Of a stretch of 64,000 nt of DNA, positions 30,413-41,186 are shown piece by piece. How positions within the stretch are numbered: position 1 is the stretch's first letter; the number at the start of each line of letters is the position of its first letter. The DNA is from Escherichia phage JY01, in sequence record OR995200.1; one strand, written 5' to 3'. The notes under the pieces are model-generated. The model saw only the letters and a program-made list of their open reading frames with translations. It did no database searches and was not told where the DNA came from. The position numbers were made by a program, and so were the translations under genes.

Positions 30413-30934
30413 TTATCCTTTCATTGAAGGCGTAACGGTTGTTAAATACTTAATCATAGCTTCAGCTTCTGATTTTGATAATGAAATTTCTTCATTGTTT
30501 TGACGAATAGAAATAAAATCCGGATGACGGTCACCACCAGCTTTTAAAACACACATATAAGTATCGACTTCGCCTTCAATATTTGAAATGATTGAAGCAG
30601 TTCCGCATGAATGTGGTTTTTGATAAATCAATACAGCTTTTCTTCCACCGTTTGACTGTTCATAGGCTTTTAATACATCAAGCAAATCAGTTCTTTTATC
30701 AATAGCTAAAATGTTATTTTCATCTTCAATGTTAAATCCTTCGGATACTTCATAAAGTGTTACCCATAAATCACCGATGTCAATAACAGCATTTACTTTT
30801 CCACGACTTTCAAGAGTATGACAAATTTTCTTGATTTCGTCATAACTCATTTTAATAATATCATCTCCTTGACTAAGGAAGATGTCATTTTTAAATTCAA
30901 CACGAATTAAACCGCTTCCACTTGAAATAAACAT
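30413..30934 (-). CDS. Paralog pair member 1
   Basis: 173 aa; C-terminus SEAEAMIKYLTTVTPSMKG resembles neighbour. Confidence 0.45.
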   Translation of the reverse strand: MFISSGSGLIRVEFKNDIFLSQGDDIIKMSYDEIKKICHTLESRGKVNAVIDIGDLWVTLYEVSEGFNIEDENNILAIDKRTDLLDVLKAYEQSNGGRKAVLIYQKPHSCGTASIISNIEGEVDTYMCVLKAGGDRHPDFISIRQNNEEISLSKSEAEAMIKYLTTVTPSMKG

Positions 30935-30940
30935 ATTTCC

Positions 30941-31495
30941 TCACTTTGAAATCATAGTTGGAATGACAGAATCAAGATAAGTCTTTAGTGCAATAGCTTC
31001 GTCTTTGGTAAATGTGACAATATGTGATCGAAAATCGTCAATTTGACGAATAGATACTATATCTCCCTCTTCATAGCATTTTGAAACATTTAAAATAGTT
31101 TCATCATTCTGATTACAGGAGTTAGTAATAATAGCATTACATTTTTTAAACCATTTTAAATTATGTTTTCTTTTAGTAGAATCATAAAAATATTTAATGT
31201 TAGTTATAAAATTATCCCAATTATTAATTGATAAGCACATTGACTCGCTTTTAATATTAAATCCTGGGCATGAAGAATAAAAATGAATTTTATGCTCATC
31301 ATTAATGCTTACAATTTTATCAGTGTAAGCATATTCAATTTGGGTTAAATGAACAATTTCACTAGACGTAAAATATAACATATCATCTTCTTGCGTCAAA
31401 CGATACATGTTATTTACTTTTTCTATAGCCAATTCACCAAAAAGCACACTATCTTCTAATACTAATCGTTTCATATTAATCCTTTTTATTGGCAT
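30941..31495 (-). CDS. Paralog pair member 2
   Basis: 184 aa; C-terminus KDEAIALKTYLDSVIPTMISK. Confidence 0.45.
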   Translation of the reverse strand: MPIKRINMKRLVLEDSVLFGELAIEKVNNMYRLTQEDDMLYFTSSEIVHLTQIEYAYTDKIVSINDEHKIHFYSSCPGFNIKSESMCLSINNWDNFITNIKYFYDSTKRKHNLKWFKKCNAIITNSCNQNDETILNVSKCYEEGDIVSIRQIDDFRSHIVTFTKDEAIALKTYLDSVIPTMISK

Positions 31496-31754
31496 GAATT
31501 TGTTCTAAAATTTTAGAGTATTCCTTTGTATCAGATTTACGTACAATCGATACACTATACGGCATACTATCGGTGTCTTTTATAAAGCGTTCCAAATGAC
31601 ATTCTAATAAAATTTCTGGATTATAAATCGTGTACATCAAATTACCTGTTGCTCCACGATATTGACAGATTTCTACTGATTGAACACCATTCCATAATTT
31701 TGTTAAGACCAAATCACCTACTTCTAATTTAGGAAAGCCCATGTTATTCACCAA
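31476..31754 (-). CDS. Hypothetical protein
   Basis: 92 aa ORF. Confidence 0.4.
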   Translation of the reverse strand: MVNNMGFPKLEVGDLVLTKLWNGVQSVEICQYRGATGNLMYTIYNPEILLECHLERFIKDTDSMPYSVSIVRKSDTKEYSKILEQIHANKKD

Positions 31755-31929
31755 TTAAAGTTTCAATATAAGAATCAAGATTTACTTTAGCTTCTTCCAT
31801 AAGAGTTTTGTATTTAATCTTGTTGGCATGTCCGGAGAAAGCTGATTCATCAATAATTGTTGATGTATGAACAGCTTTACTATACGTCTCAATTAATTCT
31901 CTTAATTTAAAAGCCTGCTCACTTGTCAT
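31744..31929 (-). CDS. Hypothetical small protein
   Basis: 61 aa ORF. Confidence 0.35.
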   Translation of the reverse strand: MTSEQAFKLRELIETYSKAVHTSTIIDESAFSGHANKIKYKTLMEEAKVNLDSYIETLIGE

Positions 31930-32256
31930 TACATACTCCTTTGAATAATATCAATAATGTTGTTCACCAAATTATAAGTAAACATTGGGTAATTATATTG
32001 AATCATCACATACACAACAAACAAAACTTTCATTCTCTTCTCCTTGACAGTTGGCAAGATTACTATACCATAATCTTGCCAACTTGTAAACCATTAAATG
32101 ACGTTTTCGATAAAATTCTGAAGCTTTGTATGAGCATCAACCATGATTTTCAATTCTTCTTTAGCGAAAGCTGTGCCTCTTTCACGAGAAGAGCATTCAT
32201 AGTCAGAAACTGCATTAGCATATTCTTCAATTAGTTTCATTAAAAACATCTGCTTT

Positions 32257-32451
32257 TCAGTTTTCATTATTCCACCTAATCATTTCAAGATATTGAACTA
32301 ACTTAGCTTTAGATTTATCCAAATCCTTTTTAGCTGTTTCTATACCGTCGTATGAATATCCTTCACAATGCTCAACTGCTAATTGATATGAATCTATTTC
32401 AATATCACGTGCTAATTTAATGATTTTTTCAAACTGTTCATGTGTTAGCAT
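32257..32451 (-). CDS. Hypothetical small protein
   Basis: 64 aa ORF. Confidence 0.4.
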   Translation of the reverse strand: MLTHEQFEKIIKLARDIEIDSYQLAVEHCEGYSYDGIETAKKDLDKSKAKLVQYLEMIRWNNEN

Positions 32452-32453
32452 AC

Positions 32454-32693
32454 TTAAACTCTCGTATTATGATCGATAATTTCATCAAGAAACATATCTA
32501 ACGCTTCTAAAGCATTATCAACTTTAGTTTCAAAGTCTTTAATGCCTTTATTCGAAATACCCGATGAATACCAAGCAAAGTCAATCAGCTCTTCATCTGC
32601 TTTACGAATTGAAGTCACTAATTCCTTGATTTTATCTGCTTGCTCTATACTAATCATTATTCCACCACATATGACAGAGAGAATATTGCACAC
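32454..32693 (-). CDS. Hypothetical small protein
   Basis: 79 aa ORF; start may be internal. Confidence 0.35.
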
Positions 32694-32845
32694 GCCATGT
32701 GAGTTGCAACTTCATCACACATATTATAACGTTTCTTAAGAAGTTCTACAAGTTCTTCACTAGTAACTTCATCCATGTCGACGAAAAAATCACCATTAAT
32801 GATGACGTAGATATTTCCTTCTTGATTAAGTGCTTCAATTTTCAT
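32657..32845 (-). CDS. Hypothetical small protein
   Basis: Start ATG 32843-32845 downstream of promoter cassette. Confidence 0.4.
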
Positions 32846-32925
32846 GATGTTCTCCTCTTTATCCGATAGTTGTATAGTATCACAGCTCAAACGGAAAGTA
32901 AACCGGTAAAATGAAAAAAGTCTCC
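32846..32925 (-). promoter_or_regulatory. Early promoter cassette copy 5 (diverged)
   Basis: -35 TTTACT (32897-32902), -10 TACTAT (32874-32879). Confidence 0.45.
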
Positions 32926-32935
32926 CGAAGGAGAC
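32915..32935 (-). terminator. Terminator-like UUCG hairpin
   Basis: RNA-sense GUCUCC-UUCG-GGAGAC followed by U-run. Confidence 0.55.
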
Positions 32936-32940
32936 TAATG

Positions 32941-33327
32941 TTATTCGAGGGAAAGAAGATACTTACTCTGGTAAAACATTCCAGTAATATCATCTATCGT
33001 GCTTTGAATGGCTGGAGGCATTTCTTTATAAATGCTGTTAGATTGGTCTAGTATGCGATCAATCATTTTAATTGTGTCGGTAGGAAGTTTACTGGCATCT
33101 GGAATTGAAGGCGTGTATTTTCTACCAGAATACCCCAAATATTGCTCACCAAATTTATCAATCAAATCTGGCAATTCGGAGAAAATAAAATCGTATGCTT
33201 TGTGTCTAGCATAACTTTTAGTTTCAAAATGCGCAGAATGAAAATAAGCTTGTGCAGCCATTAATAAACCTAAGTATTCATCTGCCTTTGAAGGTTTTCC
33301 ACTTTGTGAAAAGTCGCTGAATTTCAT
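32941..33327 (-). CDS. Hypothetical protein
   Basis: 128 aa ORF upstream of rI. Confidence 0.45.
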
Positions 33328-33617
33328 TCAGTCTCCAATTTAATGTTCATAATTCTAGCGTATGATTGTGCCATCTCCGCGCCTCGTTCTATACATTCAA
33401 AATCAGAAGAGCACGGGTCATTTTTATAGGTCGTTCTCATAAAACTATAGAACTGTTCAGATGATTCTACGCTTTTATTTTCAAAAAGCATATAAACATG
33501 TCTAATACCAGATTCCATAAATTTATCAAAATGAGGATCGACATTCGCTTCAATCGATGGTGATAAAGCAAATGACAATCCTAGCATGGCAAATAGTGCC
33601 GTTGCTTTTAAGGCCAT
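33324..33617 (-). CDS. rI: Lysis inhibition regulator (antiholin)
   Basis: 97 aa with N-terminal signal-anchor; sequence recalled as T4 RI-like; adjacent to tk. Confidence 0.75.
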   Translation of the reverse strand: MALKATALFAMLGLSFALSPSIEANVDPHFDKFMESGIRHVYMLFENKSVESSEQFYSFMRTTYKNDPCSSDFECIERGAEMAQSYARIMNIKLETE

Positions 33618-33629
33618 AAAGGCCTCCTA

Positions 33630-33842
33630 TCATTTTTGTCCTGTATTTACTTTATGCCGATGCACGGCCTTAACTTTATCAAGGTATTTTTCAAAATTTC
33701 GCAATCTAGTATAGTCTGCCGGAGATTGGTTGAGTGATACTTCTCGACGCAAAGCTGAAATGATATTTCCAACTTCCCTACGAATTTCATCTAATTGAAG
33801 CACAGTAAGATTGCGAAGTTGCTTTTCAGTTAATTGTAGCAT
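33630..33842 (-). CDS. Hypothetical protein
   Basis: 70 aa ORF between tk and rI. Confidence 0.45.
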
Positions 33843-33884
33843 ATATACCCCTTTAGTTAGATAAACCTATTTATAACTTTTGCA

Positions 33885-34466
33885 CTAACCGAGCTTTTTA
33901 GTTAATTCGTTCCAGTGTTTTCTACACAAAGAAACATAAATTTCATCACCAATACAGATTTGATTACCTTCTTTAACTGGTGTTCCATCTTCCATTAATC
34001 GAGCTGTCATAATCGCTTTTTTGCCGCAATGACAAACTGCCTTTAGTTCAATAAGTTTATCTGCAATCGCCAAAAGTTCTTTAGAACCTTCAAACAATTT
34101 TCCAGCGAAATCAGTCCTTAATCCATAAGCCATAACAGGAACATTATATGTATCAACAATTCGGCTTAATTGGTGCACCTGTTCAGTTTTTAAAAACTGA
34201 GCTTCATCTACAAATACGCAATGAATATCTTTTTGTGCTTCAGCCCATTTATAGAACTCGAAAATATCCATATCATCTGTAATAATATTCGCTTCCTGCT
34301 TAATTCCAATGCGAGAAACAACTTCACAGACAGAATCGCGAGTATCAATAGCAGGCTTAAGAACTAATACACCCATTCCACGTTCTTTATAATTATGTGC
34401 AGCAGTCAAAAGAGAAGCAGATTTTCCAGCATTCATTGCTGCATAAGTAAAAATTAAACTCGCCAT
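33885..34466 (-). CDS. tk: Thymidine kinase
   Basis: 193 aa; P-loop MNAGKSASLL and C-terminal zinc cysteines. Confidence 0.9.
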   Translation of the reverse strand: MASLIFTYAAMNAGKSASLLTAAHNYKERGMGVLVLKPAIDTRDSVCEVVSRIGIKQEANIITDDMDIFEFYKWAEAQKDIHCVFVDEAQFLKTEQVHQLSRIVDTYNVPVMAYGLRTDFAGKLFEGSKELLAIADKLIELKAVCHCGKKAIMTARLMEDGTPVKEGNQICIGDEIYVSLCRKHWNELTKKLG

Positions 34467-34475
34467 ATCACCTTC

Positions 34476-34661
34476 TTAAAGCGTATTCACATAAGCTATT
34501 AATTCATTTTCTTTCTTATCAAACCGATCAGCAAATTCTTCCTGCTGTTCGGGAGATAGCGGGCCGTATTCATCATAAAAGGTGTTTGCTTCTGTATGCT
34601 CATCTAGAAGTTCATGGATAAGCTCAAACAATTTATCTTTTTGTTCTTTGCTTAGGCTCAC
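34476..34661 (-). CDS. Hypothetical acidic small protein
   Basis: 61 aa ORF. Confidence 0.4.
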   Translation of the reverse strand: MSLSKEQKDKLFELIHELLDEHTEANTFYDEYGPLSPEQQEEFADRFDKKENELIAYVNTL

Positions 34662-34830
34662 AGTATGTCAATCCCCAAAAGTTTTAAAATGACTCGTTTC
34701 TGATTCATAACCGCTACGATTGAATGACCGTTGGGGTCTTTTTGACCTGATCCAATTATAAATCCTTTTTGCGCAGAAAGTTTAATCAAAACATCAAGTT
34801 CACGTAATAATTGATATTTTAAATCATCAT

Positions 34831-35058
34831 TCATTTTGGTTTACCTTCTTTAACGAAATCTGGATAAGGATAAAATCCCGAATAAAATCCTTCACCTTTA
34901 TGATTGATACATCCTTTATTAGAACAATAGCACCAATAATCGAAATCACAAGCCATTTCATCGTTGCATAAAGCAAAAACAACCGGCCACTTACACTTTT
35001 CACAGTGGGCATTTTTAAGAATACTAGTTTGGCTCATAACCATGTAACCTTTAAGCAA
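34831..35058 (-). CDS. Cysteine-rich small protein
   Basis: 75 aa with 8 Cys and one His in CxxC-like spacing. Confidence 0.4.
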   Translation of the reverse strand: MLKGYMVMSQTSILKNAHCEKCKWPVVFALCNDEMACDFDYWCYCSNKGCINHKGEGFYSGFYPYPDFVKEGKPK

Positions 35059-35246
35059 TATTCTTCTACATGTTGTTTACGACCTTTCTTATCAATAAAG
35101 GTATATTCAACGAATGCCCCAATGTAGTCTTTATCTACATCATGTGGACTATTAATTGGACATTTAGTACGGCAAATGCGTTCCCATTGACGAATAATTA
35201 CTGCTTTGTTTTTAGGATCAAACGGATGTGGGTAATGCACTTTCAT
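35034..35246 (-). CDS. Hypothetical protein
   Basis: 70 aa ORF. Confidence 0.4.
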   Translation of the reverse strand: MKVHYPHPFDPKNKAVIIRQWERICRTKCPINSPHDVDKDYIGAFVEYTFIDKKGRKQHVEEYCLKVTWL

Positions 35247-35697
35247 AATCCACCACTATTAAATCAATATCAGGAGTAAACATGTCGATTAATTTAGAAA
35301 CCTTATCCCAATCGCCGCCAGCAATACCACAACCTATGCGTGGAATGTAAATTACCGGTTTAAACAAAAGGGTTTCTGCCTGTAGATTTAATTCTATCAT
35401 GCAGTTTACTAAAGCACCATAATCAAGATTAGGACCTGGTTCGTATTGCGTATACAGGTTATAGCATATACCAAATCCCGTAGGACTATGTTTAAAAACA
35501 ATAGACATATCGCCTAATTTATCGCGAGAACCGTACTCAGTAGTGGTTTTATCTATTTCTAAAATTTTGGGATAGGCTCTGGCTAATTGACCCGCTACAC
35601 CTGAACCCATAGTATGAAAACAATTGCACCCGTGCGCAATAATATTACCTTCAAGAAAGAGGGCGACAATATCGCCCTTGATATATTTTACAATCAT
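35218..35697 (-). CDS. Macro-domain-like protein
   Basis: GDIVALF..IAHGCNCF..MGSGVAGQLARAYP resembles macro domain nucleotide-binding loops. Confidence 0.5.
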   Translation of the reverse strand: MIVKYIKGDIVALFLEGNIIAHGCNCFHTMGSGVAGQLARAYPKILEIDKTTTEYGSRDKLGDMSIVFKHSPTGFGICYNLYTQYEPGPNLDYGALVNCMIELNLQAETLLFKPVIYIPRIGCGIAGGDWDKVSKLIDMFTPDIDLIVVDYESALPTSV

Positions 35698-36035
35698 CTA
35701 GTACTCAATCCTCGATTATAAGAATCTACCAAACGGTCAACCATTGAATGACAAGCGGCTTTATCTTTCTCCTCCGCAACTGAACATTCTAAGGTATTCC
35801 ACTTTTTAGCATATCGTTTTAACAATGTATCATTTTTGTATCTGCTTGATTTATCTCTTTCTCCGTCTTTATATGCATATATTAATTTCTGCGCAAATTC
35901 AGCTTGGCATGCTTTATTTTTCCCGCAATAATCCGCTGCAGTACGGTTTACATACTCTCTAATTTCAGTATATGATGTATCTGCTAACGCAGAAAATGAA
36001 ATTAATCCTATACATAAAACCAAAATTTTAGTCAT
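35694..36035 (-). CDS. Secreted cysteine-containing protein
   Basis: Signal peptide MTKILVLCIGLISFSALA. Confidence 0.45.
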   Translation of the reverse strand: MTKILVLCIGLISFSALADTSYTEIREYVNRTAADYCGKNKACQAEFAQKLIYAYKDGERDKSSRYKNDTLLKRYAKKWNTLECSVAEEKDKAACHSMVDRLVDSYNRGLSTR

Positions 36036-36573
36036 TTACTATTTCCAAAAGTTTATTATTTTTAAGGTAATTAGCCTTTTCTAGGACTTCAGAAGCATAT
36101 TTAGAACCTGCTTTAACATTCCATCCCGAATTATAAGAGGATATTGCTTTTCTTATATCGCCCTTATGTATATTTAACCAATAAGAAAGTTCAATGTACG
36201 CCCAGGAAGCTGAATTGGACCGTTTATTCAACATTCTTTTTATTTCAGCATCGGTCATATTATAACCAAGTTCCTTAACTCTTGCTCGCATAGTAGGCAA
36301 ATAATTTTGGAACATTCCGTAGGCGTGATGCTTTGGTTTAGATTTTAAATTAACTCCGCCAGAGCTTTCTTGCCATAAAATGGCTGCCATTATATGACCT
36401 AATCCGCTCTTGTGGATATTTTTGTGTGTTTTATATTTTCCATCCTTAGAAAATTGTTCCCCGAATTGATACGCGTAACGCATGTTATCGAGTTGGACAT
36501 TACTGAAAGTATGCTCGGAGCTATGTGCCATCATTGAAATGGCCAATAGACCAGCGAGTAGTGCTTTTCTCAT
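36028..36573 (-). CDS. Lytic transglycosylase-like protein with signal peptide
   Basis: QESSGG..AYGMFQ catalytic-region motif; N-terminal signal peptide. Confidence 0.5.
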   Translation of the reverse strand: MRKALLAGLLAISMMAHSSEHTFSNVQLDNMRYAYQFGEQFSKDGKYKTHKNIHKSGLGHIMAAILWQESSGGVNLKSKPKHHAYGMFQNYLPTMRARVKELGYNMTDAEIKRMLNKRSNSASWAYIELSYWLNIHKGDIRKAISSYNSGWNVKAGSKYASEVLEKANYLKNNKLLEIVND

Positions 36574-36580
36574 GCTTACC

Positions 36581-37042
36581 TCATTGAGTTTTAATTACTG
36601 CTTTAGAAGCCTTTCCTGGTAAACGACGACTGTTGATAATTGCCATCCTGCATTGGAGTGACGGGTCTTTGAACTTCTCATTAGGTTTACAAACTGTAAA
36701 TCCAAGCCAAAGATTTCCATCTGTGATTTCTAAACGTCCAGGACGATATTCAACCCCATCAATAAAATCCTCGTCAATGTCAGGACGCGGAGGCATACTC
36801 AGGAATTCATTAACTTCTAAAACATGGTCTTTTATTTTGTGGAATAATTCAAAAACATATGTCTCATCAATCTCCCGTTGAATTGCACGATCAAGAAGAT
36901 GTTGAGAATATTTTAGATGAAACGATGAGACTCCTGCTGCTTTTGATGCCTCACGAATCTCATTGTTAATTTGACGAAACTCCGACTCAAAATGACGACG
37001 AAGCTTATTTCGACGGATAAAAACTTCTGTATTGATAGTCAT
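36581..37042 (-). CDS. regB: Endoribonuclease RegB
   Basis: 153 aa; sequence and position recalled as T4 RegB. Confidence 0.75.
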   Translation of the reverse strand: MTINTEVFIRRNKLRRHFESEFRQINNEIREASKAAGVSSFHLKYSQHLLDRAIQREIDETYVFELFHKIKDHVLEVNEFLSMPPRPDIDEDFIDGVEYRPGRLEITDGNLWLGFTVCKPNEKFKDPSLQCRMAIINSRRLPGKASKAVIKTQ

Positions 37043-37101
37043 GTTGTTCTCCTCTTAACTGATAGAAAAATTATACCACAGTCAAGAGGAAAAGTAAACA
37101 G

Positions 37102-37422
37102 TTATTCTTTAAATCTAATCAATTTATTCATAGACTTTGAAACTTCTGCACGAACCTCATGTAAGTTTTTAAGCTGTTCAAGACGCTGCTCATAGTAAGC
37201 AATTTCATCTTCTTCGAGACAGTCCTGTGAATCTTCTTTAAGATAACGTGCATAGTCCTGAAAAGCTTTACGGACTACTTCCTGGAAGTCATCAAGACTT
37301 TGAATTTTCTTAGGAGCGACAGATACACGACGAGGTGCAGTATAATACTCATAACCAAACCCTGCACTTAATTGAGCCATTAGTATTTTTCCTCTGGTTT
37401 GAACACTGCACGACAAGCCCAC
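37102..37422 (-). CDS. Hypothetical protein
   Basis: 106 aa ORF. Confidence 0.45.
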   Translation of the reverse strand: MGLSCSVQTRGKILMAQLSAGFGYEYYTAPRRVSVAPKKIQSLDDFQEVVRKAFQDYARYLKEDSQDCLEEDEIAYYEQRLEQLKNLHEVRAEVSKSMNKLIRFKE

Positions 37423-37646
37423 ATACTGGCTTCTTTGAGTTTCGTTTTAGCAATAGTTAACTGATCGAGGCTTTCAGCATAATTCTTCGCGAGTTCATAG
37501 TCTTCACAGCTATCAAATGCTTCCCAAAATTCATCGTATAAAGCATCAAAGATAAGTCCTAAACGAACTTCAGCGTCTTTGATAGCATTCACTTTACCGA
37601 TTTTCTCTTCAGTATGCGGCTTATAACCTTTAATGTCTTCAATCAT
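37380..37646 (-). CDS. Hypothetical protein
   Basis: Start set at internal ATG; overlaps neighbour. Confidence 0.4.
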   Translation of the reverse strand: MIEDIKGYKPHTEEKIGKVNAIKDAEVRLGLIFDALYDEFWEAFDSCEDYELAKNYAESLDQLTIAKTKLKEASMWACRAVFKPEEKY

Positions 37647-37860
37647 ATTTGACTTCCTCACCAGTACATAAATCATATTCAACTAAACGAATAGGTTCAT
37701 GAATGCCATATCCCTGAACAGAAATTTCTGTAGTAGGATAAATTCCATCAATATCACCCATATTCCACGCTTCGTTAAATTGCTGTTCGCCTGAATTACT
37801 AAACCACTCGGCGAAAGCATTTAGCACATCTTTAGAACCTTCAATAATTATCTTTGCCAT
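37639..37860 (-). CDS. Hypothetical protein
   Basis: 73 aa ORF. Confidence 0.4.
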   Translation of the reverse strand: MAKIIIEGSKDVLNAFAEWFSNSGEQQFNEAWNMGDIDGIYPTTEISVQGYGIHEPIRLVEYDLCTGEEVKYD

Positions 37861-38222
37861 TACAAACTCTCGGTGAAGGTACGAGCGATAACGTCGCGCT
37901 GCTGTTCCGGAGTCAGAGAGTTAAAGCGAACTGCATAACCGGATACACGGATGGTCAGCTGCGGATATTTTTCCGGATGCTTAACTGCATCTTCCAGAGT
38001 TTCACGACGCAGAACGTTAACGTTCAGGTGTTGACCACCTTCAATTTTAACTGTAGGCTGTGGCTCAATTTCAATTTCACGGGCATGCAAACCGTAGAAA
38101 ATTTCTGGGTCTACAAAAGAGTCCTCTTTAAAGGTTTTAGAGACAATAATTCGTGCTTGAATACCATCTTCAAAATAAATAGTGCCTTTATGTGTGCCTT
38201 CAAGAATTTGATATGCTTTCAT
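37860..38222 (-). CDS. Autonomous glycyl-radical cofactor (GrcA/YfiD-like)
   Basis: C-terminal [29 protein letters not shown] glycyl-radical motif, recalled as near-identical to E. coli GrcA. Confidence 0.8.
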   Translation of the reverse strand: MKAYQILEGTHKGTIYFEDGIQARIIVSKTFKEDSFVDPEIFYGLHAREIEIEPQPTVKIEGGQHLNVNVLRRETLEDAVKHPEKYPQLTIRVSGYAVRFNSLTPEQQRDVIARTFTESL

Positions 38223-38229
38223 ATAAACC

Positions 38230-38559
38230 TCAATTAGAAAATAAATTTATCCAAGATTGTTCTTTAATTAAAAATGGCTCAGCATCATATGCCATTAAAC
38301 TTTGGGTAATTAATCCTTTAAAAGGTCCATCAATAAATTCCATGGTAAAATATGGAATTTTATTCATTAGCCGTGCATTAGGAGCAGTACACAAAACTCT
38401 GCATCCTTTGAATACACCTTTTTGTAATTTGTATTGCTTGGGATAAAATTCGCTCAAAATGTTATTATTTGCCAAAATTTCAAAATGATTCACCAATTTA
38501 TTTTTAATAGTTTTTGGCGAAAAATAAAGATATTCGAAAAGCTGTGTGTCTGTCATCAT
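38230..38559 (-). CDS. Hypothetical protein
   Basis: 109 aa ORF. Confidence 0.45.
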   Translation of the reverse strand: MMTDTQLFEYLYFSPKTIKNKLVNHFEILANNNILSEFYPKQYKLQKGVFKGCRVLCTAPNARLMNKIPYFTMEFIDGPFKGLITQSLMAYDAEPFLIKEQSWINLFSN

Positions 38560-39098
38560 TGCATTCCAATCACAAAAAATTGAGGACGAACTGTTTCACC
38601 TGTTTCAGCATTATAGCTTCGACAACAGTGTTGTACCGTTTTAATATGGATATTGTAAATCTTATCCATATCAGGAGCTTTAATAGGTTCGTCAATTATG
38701 TACAAGATACGAGAAAGCGATAACCCACGGAATTTATGACCTTCATTACCGATAAAACTACGGACAGAATCAGTAAATAAACGAAAACGTATATCATCAT
38801 TAGAATAACGCGAAAATTCCTTTTTAATGTTATTTGCAGAAATTTTAGCGTAAGCTGAAGTATTAGAAAGAACAATAACTGTTCCGCCATCATACAGCCA
38901 ATTAGCAGCAAAGTTAGTCACAGCAATTGATTTACCGGATTGACGTCCACCATCTATACGAAGTGTGCAGTACTGTTTGAGCACATCTTCCATTGGTGGA
39001 AGATAATCATTCTTACAAATTTCTTCTACTCTAGCATCAGAATGGTGTGTAAAAGCATTCATCAGGGATAGATAAGGACCAGTTAAAAATGTTCTCAT
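38556..39098 (-). CDS. P-loop NTPase
   Basis: Walker A GGRQSGKS, Walker B-like LYIIDEP; start uncertain. Confidence 0.45.
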   Translation of the reverse strand: MRTFLTGPYLSLMNAFTHHSDARVEEICKNDYLPPMEDVLKQYCTLRIDGGRQSGKSIAVTNFAANWLYDGGTVIVLSNTSAYAKISANNIKKEFSRYSNDDIRFRLFTDSVRSFIGNEGHKFRGLSLSRILYIIDEPIKAPDMDKIYNIHIKTVQHCCRSYNAETGETVRPQFFVIGMQ

Positions 39099-39239
39099 TT
39101 TATTCTCTCTAAGTTTGGGCCATTCCGTGGCGCATGAATTGTCCATTTCTGTATTTACCCATTACCGCACTTGGGCTCGACCTTATCACAGGTTGGCGGG
39201 AATCCCTCACAGAATCATGAGGTCCAGGTTGTTCCCATA

Positions 39240-39713
39240 TTATTTGAACGATTTAACGTACTGAATAGAACCCTTACTATTCACAAAGGCAATTTTACCA
39301 TTTTTATTATACATGGTAGCAGTACGCTGATAACCATAGGTTTGTTTACCAGATTGATAACCAACTAATGCAAAATTATCTTCACCCATTTTATTCTGTT
39401 TAGCGCGAATGCGTTCATGACCATGTGCCATAAGAACCTTAGCATCACCAGTTGCAATGGATCGACGAGTTTTTTCATCTTCAACTGCATTAACAAAGTC
39501 GTCAAATGAATCAAATTTAGCATGAGATTTATTATACAATTTTCCATCTACTGCATAATTATATCCCTGTACATCCATCTCAACTTCTGTACCATCATCC
39601 AATACAGCAGTAATTTTTTGACCTTTTTTAAATTTCAAAAGATCAGTAAAAGATTCAGCAATAATTTGAGAATTAATAGCTGCTTCAGTGATAAATTCTT
39701 GATATGTTTTCAT
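39240..39713 (-). CDS. Internal-protein-like protein with capsid targeting sequence
   Basis: N-terminus MKTYQEFITE followed by A (LxE-type prohead protease site). Confidence 0.55.
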   Translation of the reverse strand: MKTYQEFITEAAINSQIIAESFTDLLKFKKGQKITAVLDDGTEVEMDVQGYNYAVDGKLYNKSHAKFDSFDDFVNAVEDEKTRRSIATGDAKVLMAHGHERIRAKQNKMGEDNFALVGYQSGKQTYGYQRTATMYNKNGKIAFVNSKGSIQYVKSFK

Positions 39714-39722
39714 GTGTTTCCT

Positions 39723-40139
39723 TTAAATGTAAATATTTTTACCGTAGTATTTATACCAGTGTGGCTTCATTAAAATTTTTTCATCGAGTCGTTGTTGACT
39801 CAATTTAATAGCTGATTTGCATGGATTATAATCATTTTTCCATTCTGCTGGAATATCGCTGATGTCAGGAACTTCAGTATCTTTTATATTGAACCCACGT
39901 TTTAAGCATTCCGTTATAATGTCTGATTGACGCTTTCGCAAAAATTCTAACTTATCGTAAAAGAACGTAACATGACCAGAGCCTAAAATAAACTCGGAAG
40001 ATATTTTAAAATCTTTAACCCGCTTACCATTTGCCACATGTTTACGAACTATACCAAAAACGCGTGGCAATTCACGGTATTCTGCGATTAAATGTTGATC
40101 AGCAAGTTCAGATACTAAAGTCAAATTAATACGAGTCAT
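39723..40139 (-). CDS. denV: Endonuclease V (pyrimidine dimer glycosylase)
   Basis: 138 aa, [17 protein letters not shown] matches T4 DenV as recalled. Confidence 0.9.
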   Translation of the reverse strand: MTRINLTLVSELADQHLIAEYRELPRVFGIVRKHVANGKRVKDFKISSEFILGSGHVTFFYDKLEFLRKRQSDIITECLKRGFNIKDTEVPDISDIPAEWKNDYNPCKSAIKLSQQRLDEKILMKPHWYKYYGKNIYI

Positions 40140-40198
40140 TTTATCCCTCCAAGTAACTGTGAATATACTATCACAATTCTAGAAGAAAGTAAACAACT

Positions 40199-41167
<969 letters not shown>

Positions 41168-41186
<19 letters not shown>

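Noticed and set aside
22449-33327. Searched for a homing endonuclease (GIY-YIG or HNH) in the nrdC-rI accessory interval
   Set aside because: No ORF shows GIY...YIG or HNH-type motifs by eye; cannot exclude a highly diverged nuclease without profile searches.
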